Origin: Gammaproteobacteria bacterium | GTDB lineage: Bacteria > Pseudomonadota > Gammaproteobacteria > SZUA-140 | Length of the DNA: 64,000 nt | Assembly: GCA_015488555.1 (NCBI GenBank) | Contig: WFNO01000122.1 | Coordinates: 12,300-76,299, forward strand | Direction: 5' to 3' | In this document: positions 28,716 through 37,729 of the stretch, piece after piece | Numbering within the stretch: the stretch's first letter is position 1 | Layout of the letters: each line of letters starts with the position of its first letter | Made by a program: the position numbers and the translations under genes | The notes under the pieces: generated by a model | Told to the model about the DNA's origin: nothing | Seen by the model: the letters and a program-made list of their open reading frames with translations, nothing else | The model's database searches: none

Positions 28716-29794
28716 GATTCCCCCCAGTCCCTCAAGTACTCGAATATCATCACGCGACCGTTGAAGGCATCGGCCACATAGACCCACCCGCGGTGGTCGG
28801 TCCACACACCCGCAGGCAGATAAAACTGCCCAATGCCATTACCCGTCCCGCCGATCGGCAGCAGGAACTCCCCTTTCTCATTGAATATTAACAGATGATC
28901 GTAATAGGATTCCACCACGTACAGATTGCGGTCCTGATCAACGGCCACGCCCTTGGGACGCGGCAGATCGCCAAGATAGAGCCCGCGGCGACCTACACTA
29001 CGCACGAAACGCCCCTCACGATCGAAGACTTGCACCCGGGAATTGAGAGTGTCTGTCACATAGAGTCTTCCGTCGGCGAAGGTCAAGTAAGTAGGAGCAT
29101 TGAATTCTCCCGGCCCATGTCCTCGCCGCCCCCAAGTAGCCACCAAAACACCGTCCCGGTCGAAGACCTTCACGTCGTGGGCCTTGCTGTCCGCCACGTA
29201 GATGAGTCCACTCACCGGATCGCGGGCCACGCCCACGGGACGCTGCAGAACGCCTTCCCCCATGCTGCCCTGGGGCTTGCCCTGCTCGTTCAAGATCACC
29301 ACGCGCCGCAGGTCCGCGTCTGCGACAAGTATGTATCCCGGCTCACCCGCCGTCACACCCAAAGGCGTGAGAAAATGCAAATTTGCTCCGGCCTCCTCCC
29401 AGATCTGCAGACCGTCTTTCGGATCGAAGACGTATACCGCTGCTCGGCTCACATCACTGACATAGATCCGCCCACGCGCATCGGTATACCCCCCCTGCGG
29501 GCGCTGCAGGACACGCGGGCTATGCGGTCCTGTAGCCAAGCCCACCAGCCAAGCCAATACCTTGCGACCGACAGCGGTCCGTTGGCCACGGTAATTTTCC
29601 TCGCCGGTCAATTGTCCCATGTAGCGATAGCGAGGGCGCTCAGGTGGCGGTGGCCACACCGGCGGGGCATCGTCCAGCTCATCAAATCGCAAAGCAGAAC
29701 TGGGGCCGCCGGCACACCCTCCGGCCAATATCAGGACCACCACCATGAAACCGGCAGCCACACCCCGCGTCAGAGAGGCAAGACGGCAAGACAT
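28712..29794 (-). CDS. NHL-repeat six-bladed beta-propeller lipoprotein
   Basis: Lipobox LAGGC. Repeated blades of the form G-F-x-x-P-x-G-V-A-V-D-x-x-x-x-L/I-Y-V-x-D, with an NHL/N(S)R-V-Q-V-F motif recognisable in at least one blade. ATG overlaps the upstream stop (ATGA). Confidence 0.8.
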   Translation of the reverse strand: MSCRLASLTRGVAAGFMVVVLILAGGCAGGPSSALRFDELDDAPPVWPPPPERPRYRYMGQLTGEENYRGQRTAVGRKVLAWLVGLATGPHSPRVLQRPQGGYTDARGRIYVSDVSRAAVYVFDPKDGLQIWEEAGANLHFLTPLGVTAGEPGYILVADADLRRVVILNEQGKPQGSMGEGVLQRPVGVARDPVSGLIYVADSKAHDVKVFDRDGVLVATWGRRGHGPGEFNAPTYLTFADGRLYVTDTLNSRVQVFDREGRFVRSVGRRGLYLGDLPRPKGVAVDQDRNLYVVESYYDHLLIFNEKGEFLLPIGGTGNGIGQFYLPAGVWTDHRGWVYVADAFNGRVMIFEYLRDWGES

Positions 29795-30807
29795 CACTGC
29801 ACGCGTGGCGTTTCCGCCCGTTCTAGATTTTGGCGTGTAGCCTCTAGAACCTGGATGCGACCATTCATGGCATCGGCCACGTAGAGCAGGCCACCTTCCA
29901 GCCAAAGATCGGCAACGCGCTTGAACTGTCCGGGCGCAGTTCCGGAACGTCCCACAGAAAAACGGTAATGAGTGCCCTCGAAGACCCGGATGGTGTCGGT
30001 GAGATAATCGCCGACATAGGCCCAGCCGCGGGCATCCACGACGATGGAAGTGGGAAAAATCACCGTATCCTTCTCGAAAGACGCGAGAGGACCGCCGTCA
30101 GGCGCTATCACCTGAACCCGGGATTCTCCATAACGTGTGGCCACATAATAGCCTTCCGGCCCTAGGGCGAAGGCAGTGACGCCACGAAAACGCCCCGGGC
30201 CTTCTCCGCGCTCTCCGATGGCACCGCTGAGCAACCCCGCCCGGTTGTAGACCAGCACGTCGTCGTTGAAACCATCTGCGATGTACAAGGTACTGGTGGC
30301 CTCGTCCACCACCACGGCCACCGGCCGCCCCAGGTTGATGCGGTCCTCATAGACACGAATCAGGCGGTCGTCGCGGTCGAAATACAAGACCCGGCCACCG
30401 TCGAAATCGGCTAGATAATAGGAAAGATCGGAAGCCACGTAGATATCGGACACCGTACCGCTTACCAAGCGGCGCAAATCCTGAAGGATACGCAATTCTC
30501 CGCGGTCCCGACGATAGAGCAACACCTGTTCCAGGCCTTCGTCCACGATGTACACCGCAGGCCCGCGAGCAGCTACGGCCACGGGGCGGACGAGCCGCAC
30601 ATATTCCAATCCCGTGAGCAGATTACCGCCTCGCATTCCACCATCGATCACTTCCCATACCACAGGCTGTGTGCCAAGGGCACTTCCCGCGGCATCTCCG
30701 GAAGCGGGCACGGAACCCGGCTTCATAGCGCCGCAGCCGGCGGCAAACAGGAAAGCCGCTACGGCGATCAGCGCAACAATCTCGTTTCGTTGGGAACAGA
30801 ATGACAT
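29794..30807 (-). CDS. NHL-repeat beta-propeller lipoprotein (paralog)
   Basis: Lipobox LFAAGC. Blades YIADGFNDDVLVYN and LYVADAMNGRIQVL. Start 30807 overlaps the upstream cytochrome by about 40 nt, so it is somewhat uncertain. Confidence 0.72.
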   Translation of the reverse strand: MSFCSQRNEIVALIAVAAFLFAAGCGAMKPGSVPASGDAAGSALGTQPVVWEVIDGGMRGGNLLTGLEYVRLVRPVAVAARGPAVYIVDEGLEQVLLYRRDRGELRILQDLRRLVSGTVSDIYVASDLSYYLADFDGGRVLYFDRDDRLIRVYEDRINLGRPVAVVVDEATSTLYIADGFNDDVLVYNRAGLLSGAIGERGEGPGRFRGVTAFALGPEGYYVATRYGESRVQVIAPDGGPLASFEKDTVIFPTSIVVDARGWAYVGDYLTDTIRVFEGTHYRFSVGRSGTAPGQFKRVADLWLEGGLLYVADAMNGRIQVLEATRQNLERAETPRVQ

Positions 30808-31415
30808 CGGCCGCAATTCATGGTGGGGGGAAAGGCCACGTTCCCGTGACAGACTCCGCAATACTCTCCCTGGATGATGGCAGACATGGAAACGGGATTG
30901 GCGCCCTTCTGGGGAATAAAGATGAGCGGATGGCAATTGGCACAGGTCAGCCACTCGGTGTGCTGGCGGTGCGGGAAACGCACGTGCGGCATGGAGGCGG
31001 TGTCCTTGAAAATGATATCGAAGTCCACTGGAAACATATCTCCCTCACCGTCCACGGACTTGCGGGGATCAATGAGCCCCATCTCCAGAGTCTTGACCCA
31101 GTCGATGATACCCTGGGAATCACGTGGAAAATTGGCCATGGCTTCGTAGGGTTGCTGCAACACCGCCACTGCCTCACTCGCAGGATCGTGAATGCCATCC
31201 TCAGCGATGGGCACGATGTCGCCTGTCAACTGAAAGTGCTTGCCGCGCGACCAGAACGGCTTAGCCACATCGGCCGGATTCTGCAAGAGCTGCGGGGTCT
31301 TGGCTGGCGTGGCGGCCATGGCTATCGGCCATACCGGAAGGAAAATGGCGAGACACACGGCCCACAAGAGCCTCAAACCGCCGCTCACTCGTTTTCCACT
31401 TTGGCACCCGTTCAT
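30768..31415 (-). CDS. periplasmic trihaem c-type cytochrome (family A)
   Basis: CANCH, CGVCH and CGRCH, signal peptide. Paralog of 33399..34064, sharing DGIHD...FPHRQHTEWL.C.NCHP.IFIPQKGAN...CGVCHG.VAFP. Confidence 0.8.
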   Translation of the reverse strand: MNGCQSGKRVSGGLRLLWAVCLAIFLPVWPIAMAATPAKTPQLLQNPADVAKPFWSRGKHFQLTGDIVPIAEDGIHDPASEAVAVLQQPYEAMANFPRDSQGIIDWVKTLEMGLIDPRKSVDGEGDMFPVDFDIIFKDTASMPHVRFPHRQHTEWLTCANCHPLIFIPQKGANPVSMSAIIQGEYCGVCHGNVAFPPTMNCGRCHSVPNETRLLR

Positions 31416-31548
31416 GGTTCTGCCCCCGTCTCCCGATCTCGTATCCCCATCCCGTTGCTCAATCTCGTCGCCAGATCCTTTCGCTGAACTCTTGGGTGCA
31501 GGGGGCGGGCAAACCGAAACAGAGGTTCGATACCCCCACCCGCTGGCG

Positions 31549-33279
31549 CTAGCGGACTCCCGCCAGACGCAAGGCTCGCTGAATGTGGGTCGTCGCCCCT
31601 TGCAGCATGAGTATGGCCGTCTTGTAATCCCCCTTCGCTGCGGTGGGCAAGGCCTGCGCCTTGATGCCTTTTGCCTTTTCCACGAAACGGTTCATCAACT
31701 CCACCGTCTGCGGTGAAGGACGCCGCTGTTCGATGGCCAGCGGAATCAGTTCCTCGTAACTCTCGTAACGCGCCAGCTCGTATTCGTACTCTTCCTTCGG
31801 CGTCTCAAAGACCAACTCATAAGACATAGTCTCCTCGTGGAGCATATCGGTCAAGGCATTGTTGAGGTCCTCCTGGGCCCGCGAGAGGACTTGCACGGCT
31901 TCGGCGTAATCACCCTCCTCGGCCAGGCGCCGGGCCTCGGTCTTGGCGGCCTCGATGCGTGCTACGTCCAATTGCGGAATCTCCTTGCGGTGGCGCTGCT
32001 TGCTCAGGCGCTGGTAATTGCGCTGGTAAGAGGCCTGAAAGGTCTCTACGCCTTGGAGTAATTCTTTGAAGCGCTCCTGCAAGGCAGCCTGATCACTCTC
32101 GGCAGGCACGCGCCGGGAGGCTTCGCTCATAAGACGCAGGGATTCGTCTACCAACGCCAGGGCCTGTTCGAAATGTTGCTCGTCGAAAGCCGCACGTGAG
32201 GCCTGCAGCTTGTCCCGGGCATCGCGTAGAAATCCTTGCGCCACGGTATTTCCGCTGCCCTCGATACGACGGGCAGCGCTGGATTGATTGACGAACAGCT
32301 CGGCAAAGGCCAGTTTCTGCTGCACCTGCCCTTTACTCACACGAGGACGGTCTTCAAGGGCCGGAGCGGCAGCGACAGCCGGGTGTGCAGGGGTCGCCGC
32401 CAGTTTCACCTTCACATGGTCCTCCTCTCCCTCATCGACGATGTGGATGACACCGCCCATGTTCTTGTGATTGCGACACTGGTAATACAATACGTCAGGC
32501 GCGGAAGCATCTGGCGTAAAGGTGACCACACCGTTGTAGGTGAAATTACCCTCCACCCCTTTGGAATAGGTAGCTGCCCCCCAGCCGGTCTCACTCCGAG
32601 AGAGATAGAAGTCGTGCTGGACGTTGGTGTTCACTTTGAACGTATAAGTCTTGCCGCGCACCAGGATCAGAGACTTTCCTTGCACACCATCGACGATAAA
32701 ACCATATTTGTCGCCCACCCCATAGTAGGGATGCGAGGGATCCTTCAACCCCAGCGTCACCTGAAACACAAAGGGATTGACGTCCTCCTTCTGCACCACG
32801 GGTGCTGGTTGCCGTCCAACAGGTGCCGATGCCACGTCGCGATCGGCAGCAAGGACGGATGGAGACTCCCCAGATATCGATTTTTCAGATGCTGATTCTT
32901 CCTGCTCCGCAGCCTCCGCGACAGCGGATTGTGCAGCGGCCACCTCAGGCTCGGTGGCCGCCGGCACACCCGAATCCGCCTCAGGAATCGCGCGCCCCTG
33001 TCCAAGAGGCTCGAACCGTGCAGATTCCGGGACTGGAGCAGCCTCGACCACCGGCTGGGATTCCAGAACCAACTCCCGCTCCGGCTCGGACTGTATTTGT
33101 TGCGATGCGGGAGCAGATATCGGTGCAGCCGCGGGCGCGACCGTCTCCGCAGGTGGCGCCTGGTCAACAGGCGCTGGCATCTCCTTGCGCGTAGCACAGG
33201 ACACCAGCGCCAGGCCAAGCACAAGAGCAAGTGCAGGCACGACCACGTGCAAGTCTTGGGCTGCACCCCGACTACGCAT
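31549..33279 (-). CDS. lipoprotein with Ala/Pro/Glu-rich linker, cupredoxin-like (amicyanin-type Cu site) domain and C-terminal alpha-helical domain
   Basis: Lipobox LALVSC. A disordered low-complexity region of about 150 aa. Candidate type-1 Cu ligands: H in NVQHDFY, and C, H, M in YYQCRNHKNMGGVIHIV (compare the amicyanin C-x-P-H-x-x-M motif). Coiled/helical C-terminal half. Start is 33279 or 33291. Confidence 0.6.
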   Translation of the reverse strand: MRSRGAAQDLHVVVPALALVLGLALVSCATRKEMPAPVDQAPPAETVAPAAAPISAPASQQIQSEPERELVLESQPVVEAAPVPESARFEPLGQGRAIPEADSGVPAATEPEVAAAQSAVAEAAEQEESASEKSISGESPSVLAADRDVASAPVGRQPAPVVQKEDVNPFVFQVTLGLKDPSHPYYGVGDKYGFIVDGVQGKSLILVRGKTYTFKVNTNVQHDFYLSRSETGWGAATYSKGVEGNFTYNGVVTFTPDASAPDVLYYQCRNHKNMGGVIHIVDEGEEDHVKVKLAATPAHPAVAAAPALEDRPRVSKGQVQQKLAFAELFVNQSSAARRIEGSGNTVAQGFLRDARDKLQASRAAFDEQHFEQALALVDESLRLMSEASRRVPAESDQAALQERFKELLQGVETFQASYQRNYQRLSKQRHRKEIPQLDVARIEAAKTEARRLAEEGDYAEAVQVLSRAQEDLNNALTDMLHEETMSYELVFETPKEEYEYELARYESYEELIPLAIEQRRPSPQTVELMNRFVEKAKGIKAQALPTAAKGDYKTAILMLQGATTHIQRALRLAGVR

Positions 33280-33398
33280 GATCACTCTCATTAGTATCGA
33301 ATGCTACTGCCGCAGCCCTACTGCTGTCTCAATCCATACCCACACGCCGCTCGGCCTTTTATTTTGATCAAGACAAACGATGATGTTGCTCCCCAGGT

Positions 33399-34064
33399 TT
33401 ATTTCCAAGGATTCTTCAACGTCGCCTCACTGAGTGGCGGTTGCCAATCCGCTGGCTTGGGCTTGGAGTGGCACTTCTTGCATGTCTTGGTTTCGATAGG
33501 GAAGGCCACCTTGCCATGACAAACACCACATTTCTGCCCCAGGAGAATGGCCGACATGTTGATCTGGTTGGCCCCCTTCTGGGGAATGAAGATAGCCGGA
33601 TGGCAATTGGAACAGAGCAGCCATTCCGTGTGCTGGCGATGCGGAAATACCACGTCGGGTACAGAAGCCTTGACCGGCCGTACGATGTCCAAATCCATCA
33701 CGAAAGGCTCGGCATTAGAATCGAGCAAGTCCCAGCGTGGCTTGATCAGCCCCTCATCCAGGGCCTTGACCCAATCTACGTGGTTGCCAAAACTAGTCCT
33801 GGGCAATCCCTCGTATGCCTCCAAAGGAGGCTGCAGATTGAAAGTGGCCTCGTTGGTGGTATCGTGGATACCGTCTTCCCACGGTGGCGCATTCGGGTTT
33901 TTGGGTTTCTTCAGATTGAGGTTGAAGGTGTTGGCCGCCGATACCTCTCCCATCATCAACAACCCCTGAATCGCGTTACCGGCTGCCGGTACCGAAGTAC
34001 TCCAAACGGCGGCGATCAGCAGCACAGCGCTGGAAACGATGACGAACCCGTTCTTCAAACTCAT
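33399..34064 (-). CDS. periplasmic trihaem c-type cytochrome (family A paralog)
   Basis: CSNCH, CGVCH and CKKCH. Signal peptide. GGGGAGAG RBS. Confidence 0.82.
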   Translation of the reverse strand: MSLKNGFVIVSSAVLLIAAVWSTSVPAAGNAIQGLLMMGEVSAANTFNLNLKKPKNPNAPPWEDGIHDTTNEATFNLQPPLEAYEGLPRTSFGNHVDWVKALDEGLIKPRWDLLDSNAEPFVMDLDIVRPVKASVPDVVFPHRQHTEWLLCSNCHPAIFIPQKGANQINMSAILLGQKCGVCHGKVAFPIETKTCKKCHSKPKPADWQPPLSEATLKNPWK

Positions 34065-34088
34065 GGCACTCTCCCCAATCTATCTTTC

Positions 34089-34535
34089 TTATTTGTTGTC
34101 GGCGGTCTTCTTGGCAGGCAGGGGCTTGTAGGCCGGTGCTACCAGACGTTGTAGAGTGCTGCCATGGAAATGGGTAGGGGTACCCGGAATGCCCGAATGG
34201 CACATGGCACAGTTCTCCACCGACCAGGCCACCTCACCGTTGTGGCAGGCACCACAGAACTTGCCGTCGATGATCTTGGCCATGGTGATCTGATTGCCAC
34301 CAGCCTTGAATTTAAATCCGAGATCGGCATGACACACCTTACAGCGGAAACGGATGCGATGGAACCAATGAGGGAAAACCGCTGGGCGCATACCGGCGGC
34401 ATCGGAATAGTTGTTGATGACGACGTCTCCGTACTCGGCCTTCGAAGGTTGGGCCACCCCTGCGAACAATAAGACCGCGAAGGCTCCCAAAACGAACGGT
34501 TTCCATGCCCCCCTGTGCTTGATCTTCAGTGCCAT
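34089..34535 (-). CDS. small trihaem cytochrome c (cytochrome c3/c7-like)
   Basis: CKVCH, CGACH and CAMCH within 148 aa. FPHWFH...IDGKFCGACHNG pattern. GAGGAGAGG RBS at an internal ATG. Confidence 0.82.
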   Translation of the reverse strand: MALKIKHRGAWKPFVLGAFAVLLFAGVAQPSKAEYGDVVINNYSDAAGMRPAVFPHWFHRIRFRCKVCHADLGFKFKAGGNQITMAKIIDGKFCGACHNGEVAWSVENCAMCHSGIPGTPTHFHGSTLQRLVAPAYKPLPAKKTADNK

Positions 34536-34725
34536 AGCAGATCCTCTCCTCACGCTTTGTTCTTATAGATTATGGCCTTACTCGCCACTGCAGGCGTCAT
34601 TATACCTCGAATCCCGCACGCTGCCCATGCGCAGCGGCCGCCCCCGGGTCCATGCCGCCGTGCCTGCGAACGGCCTGCCCCACGTTTCCTCCCGCCCGGC
34701 ATCACAAGCAGGATTTTACATGGGG

Positions 34726-36543
34726 TCAAAACAGGCGGTTCACCTGGAAATAGATCAGGCTGAAACTCTGGTCCTCTCCTCCTCCTCCGGTCAGATCGAA
34801 ATAGCGCCAGCTCATTCTCAACCGGGTCAAACCAATGGTGTAGTCCAGGCGGTTCTCCCATTCGAGACGATCCATGTTGCCCGACACGTCCGTGCGGGAG
34901 AGGCGCAGATCCGACAGGAAACGCAATCGCGGTACACCAAACACCGCACTGTGGGTGTAATTCAACTGCCCCGTTCCCGTTACTCTATCATTAACCCCCT
35001 GGCGGTTGAAGTCCTGGCTCACGTACTGGATGGTGAGATTACCTGTCAGATTGCTGAGCCGGTCGAGATAGCGGGTCCGCTGAATCTGGAAATTGACAAA
35101 CTGTTGATTGCCTTCCTGATCCCCGAAGGAACGGCCATCGGAGAGGGTCACTTGCAAAAAGCTGGTGGCCTCCGGGGAAGAAGCGTCCCAGGACAAACTG
35201 CCCGAATTGTCCAAGCGTTGCACCGAGGTCTCTACATCACCCATCTGTTCGTCACCGCTCACTGTCTGACTGAGGCTCAGGCGGATATTGGAACGCCGGC
35301 CGATCACCCACAGGCGCTGAATATCGTGCCCCAGTTTGAGCAGAAAGGATTGATCCTGGCGCTGTGGTGCGTCTCGCGCACTGGCCGTACCCTGGGTATA
35401 CCACTGATAGTTGAACCCAGACCAGAGAGGGCGAATGTCCGACTGATAGAGAGCGCCGGCGCGGCCCCTAGAAATGAAATCTGCACCGTCGCCGTTGTCA
35501 CTGCTGAGCACATCGACGTTGGCATCGAAACGCAGGTTGCGGGTGTACTGATAGAACATTCCACCAGTAGCGCTGAAATTGGTGAGTTCTACCTCGTTGC
35601 CCACCGTATCGGCCTGTAGCCCATAGAAGCGCACCCCTCCACTCAGGGTCAACGGCCGATCCAAGGGCCGCCAAAACACAAAGCTGGACAATTGCGTCAG
35701 ATCGGTGTCGCTGTCGGGTTGATTGGTACTATTGAGCGGCTGTTTCGATTCGTAATCGGAATTGTAGATGTTGAACATGGTATCCAGCCGCAAGGCACGG
35801 TTGGGAAAGTAGAAATGATCCACATTGAGAATGAAGGTATCGGTCTTCTGATCGATCACGGAGCGTTCGCTGCTCTGGATGCTGCTCTTGGCAATCAAGG
35901 TCTGCTTGGGCATTTTCAGATCCGCCTCCACACCGAACAGCTGGTCCCGGTAATTCTCTCCGCCCGGTTGCTGCTGCTCCCAATCGTTGCGGTCATAACG
36001 CAATTGGAAGCGGTGTCCCTTCTGAGTGTAGAAGGATTGCTTCAGCGATAGGCGACTGGTACGGAACTCGGTGCTGCCCAGGGTATTCAAGGGACTGGAG
36101 CGGGCCACCAGGTCCACCCGACTGTCGCTGGCCTGGTAGGTAAGCAGGAAAGGGGTGCGACTACGGGGCAGTATGCTCAGGTTGAGGTTACCCGTGAGGA
36201 TGGAAGACTCGTTGGAGCTACTTCCTTCGAACTCGGATTTGTCCCAAGTGAAGCGCAAACCGGTATCGGCAGTGGCCAGCCAGGGCCTGCCGAGATAACC
36301 TTTGAGATTGAGGCCCCCCTGTAACTGATTGCTGACGGTATCTTCCTGGCCGGTGTTGTCCAAGGCGCGAAAGGTATATCCGAGGTTGCCGGAAACATCG
36401 GTAAGGGCAAAGGCCCACGCGCACACGGACCAAGCCCACAGGCAGCAACCGCAAGCCAAGCGCAGCAACTCTACCCCCGCTTCCGAACCTCGAAATCGCT
36501 GACCATTGCCCCCGGCACAGACCCGCGGGCTGCTCCATCTCAT
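34726..36543 (-). CDS. large outer-membrane beta-barrel protein (~600 aa, MtrB/PioB-like size class), no haem motif
   Basis: Signal peptide ...AWAFA. Alternating amphipathic beta-strand pattern throughout. C-terminal ...YFQVNRLF with a terminal Phe, typical of OMPs. Confidence 0.7.
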   Translation of the reverse strand: MRWSSPRVCAGGNGQRFRGSEAGVELLRLACGCCLWAWSVCAWAFALTDVSGNLGYTFRALDNTGQEDTVSNQLQGGLNLKGYLGRPWLATADTGLRFTWDKSEFEGSSSNESSILTGNLNLSILPRSRTPFLLTYQASDSRVDLVARSSPLNTLGSTEFRTSRLSLKQSFYTQKGHRFQLRYDRNDWEQQQPGGENYRDQLFGVEADLKMPKQTLIAKSSIQSSERSVIDQKTDTFILNVDHFYFPNRALRLDTMFNIYNSDYESKQPLNSTNQPDSDTDLTQLSSFVFWRPLDRPLTLSGGVRFYGLQADTVGNEVELTNFSATGGMFYQYTRNLRFDANVDVLSSDNGDGADFISRGRAGALYQSDIRPLWSGFNYQWYTQGTASARDAPQRQDQSFLLKLGHDIQRLWVIGRRSNIRLSLSQTVSGDEQMGDVETSVQRLDNSGSLSWDASSPEATSFLQVTLSDGRSFGDQEGNQQFVNFQIQRTRYLDRLSNLTGNLTIQYVSQDFNRQGVNDRVTGTGQLNYTHSAVFGVPRLRFLSDLRLSRTDVSGNMDRLEWENRLDYTIGLTRLRMSWRYFDLTGGGGEDQSFSLIYFQVNRLF

Positions 36544-36558
36544 CGAATCACCTTATTG

Positions 36559-37623
36559 TTATTCGGCCCCGACTAGCAGAGCTTCATTGATCGTTATCGG
36601 TGTTTTCCTGCGCAATTCCTCCAGCAGGCTTTGCCAAGCCTGTGCCTTGCGCTCCTCACTCAGCATCAGGCGAGCCCTGGCCTCACTGCGTGCGAAATCG
36701 TTGAGTTGTGGTGGCGTGCGTGCCTCCAACCGAAACAAGGCATATCCCTGCAAGAGACGAATGGGGGCCGACACCTCTCCCGGAGCCAGCCCATCTACCA
36801 CCTCTTGAGCCTCGGTAGACAACATGCCGGCATGGACATAGCCCAGATCTCCTCCCCGAGCCGCCGACTCGTCAGAGGAATGCGCGCGTGCCAGCTCAGC
36901 GAACGAAGCCCCTTCCGCAAGTCGCGCCAATAGCTCCTCCGCCTTCTGCCGGGCCGCTTCCCATTCCTGCGGTGGCGCCCAAGGCGGTACACGCAACAGG
37001 ATCAACGACAGATGCAGGCGTTGGGGAGTGGTGAACCGTTCGGGATGGGCTTCGTAATAGGCACGCACGGCCGCCCGATCAGGCTCCGGCAAGTCTTCCA
37101 CCTCGTCTTTCAAACGCTGGATGCGACTTTGGGCTTCCAGTTCCTCCCGCAAAGCCTGCAGCAACTCTTCGCGCCGCTCCTCCCAGTGAGGCAAGCGGCG
37201 GTAACGCTCCTGTACCATTTCCAACTGCGCCTTCACCCAACCTCCGTCGGGTTCGATGCCCCGGCGTTGTGCCTCTTGCAGGAGCAGGCGTCGATCGACG
37301 AGGCGCTCGGCTACTTCGCGGCGAAAAGCCAGACGCTGGTCCTCCGGCACTTTGCCGTGATAGAAGCGCTGCCGATAGGCCGCATGCACATTGACCCGGA
37401 ATTCTTCGGCGCTGATGATCTCCTCCCCTACGGTGGCCAGAATCCCGTCGCCGTCAAGAGCGGCCTGGGGTGCGGCTCCCTCGGCGGGCACCACCCACAG
37501 CAAAGTGCCAAGCCAGCATCCGACCACCACCGACCACACCCATCGTCCGGTTCGGCCCCTCCAACGGTCCAGACGGCCCCAGGATACTCGGGCCGCCCAC
37601 GGGAGTTGCAGCCCCCCATTCAT
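36559..37623 (-). CDS. SurA/PpiD-like periplasmic chaperone with PpiC (parvulin) PPIase domain
   Basis: GGDLGYVHAGMLSTEAQEVVDGLAPGEVSAPIRLLQGYALFRLE parvulin core. Strong AGGAGG RBS at the internal ATG 37623. Confidence 0.8.
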   Translation of the reverse strand: MNGGLQLPWAARVSWGRLDRWRGRTGRWVWSVVVGCWLGTLLWVVPAEGAAPQAALDGDGILATVGEEIISAEEFRVNVHAAYRQRFYHGKVPEDQRLAFRREVAERLVDRRLLLQEAQRRGIEPDGGWVKAQLEMVQERYRRLPHWEERREELLQALREELEAQSRIQRLKDEVEDLPEPDRAAVRAYYEAHPERFTTPQRLHLSLILLRVPPWAPPQEWEAARQKAEELLARLAEGASFAELARAHSSDESAARGGDLGYVHAGMLSTEAQEVVDGLAPGEVSAPIRLLQGYALFRLEARTPPQLNDFARSEARARLMLSEERKAQAWQSLLEELRRKTPITINEALLVGAE

Positions 37624-37729
37624 GTCTGTCCTCCTCTTCGCACATCCCACCGCCCACAGCAGTCCCTTCTGCTCAGATCCGATTCAGATCCGCCCCGTAA
37701 CCGCTCCAGTATCAGTCCCGGATCTGCGC

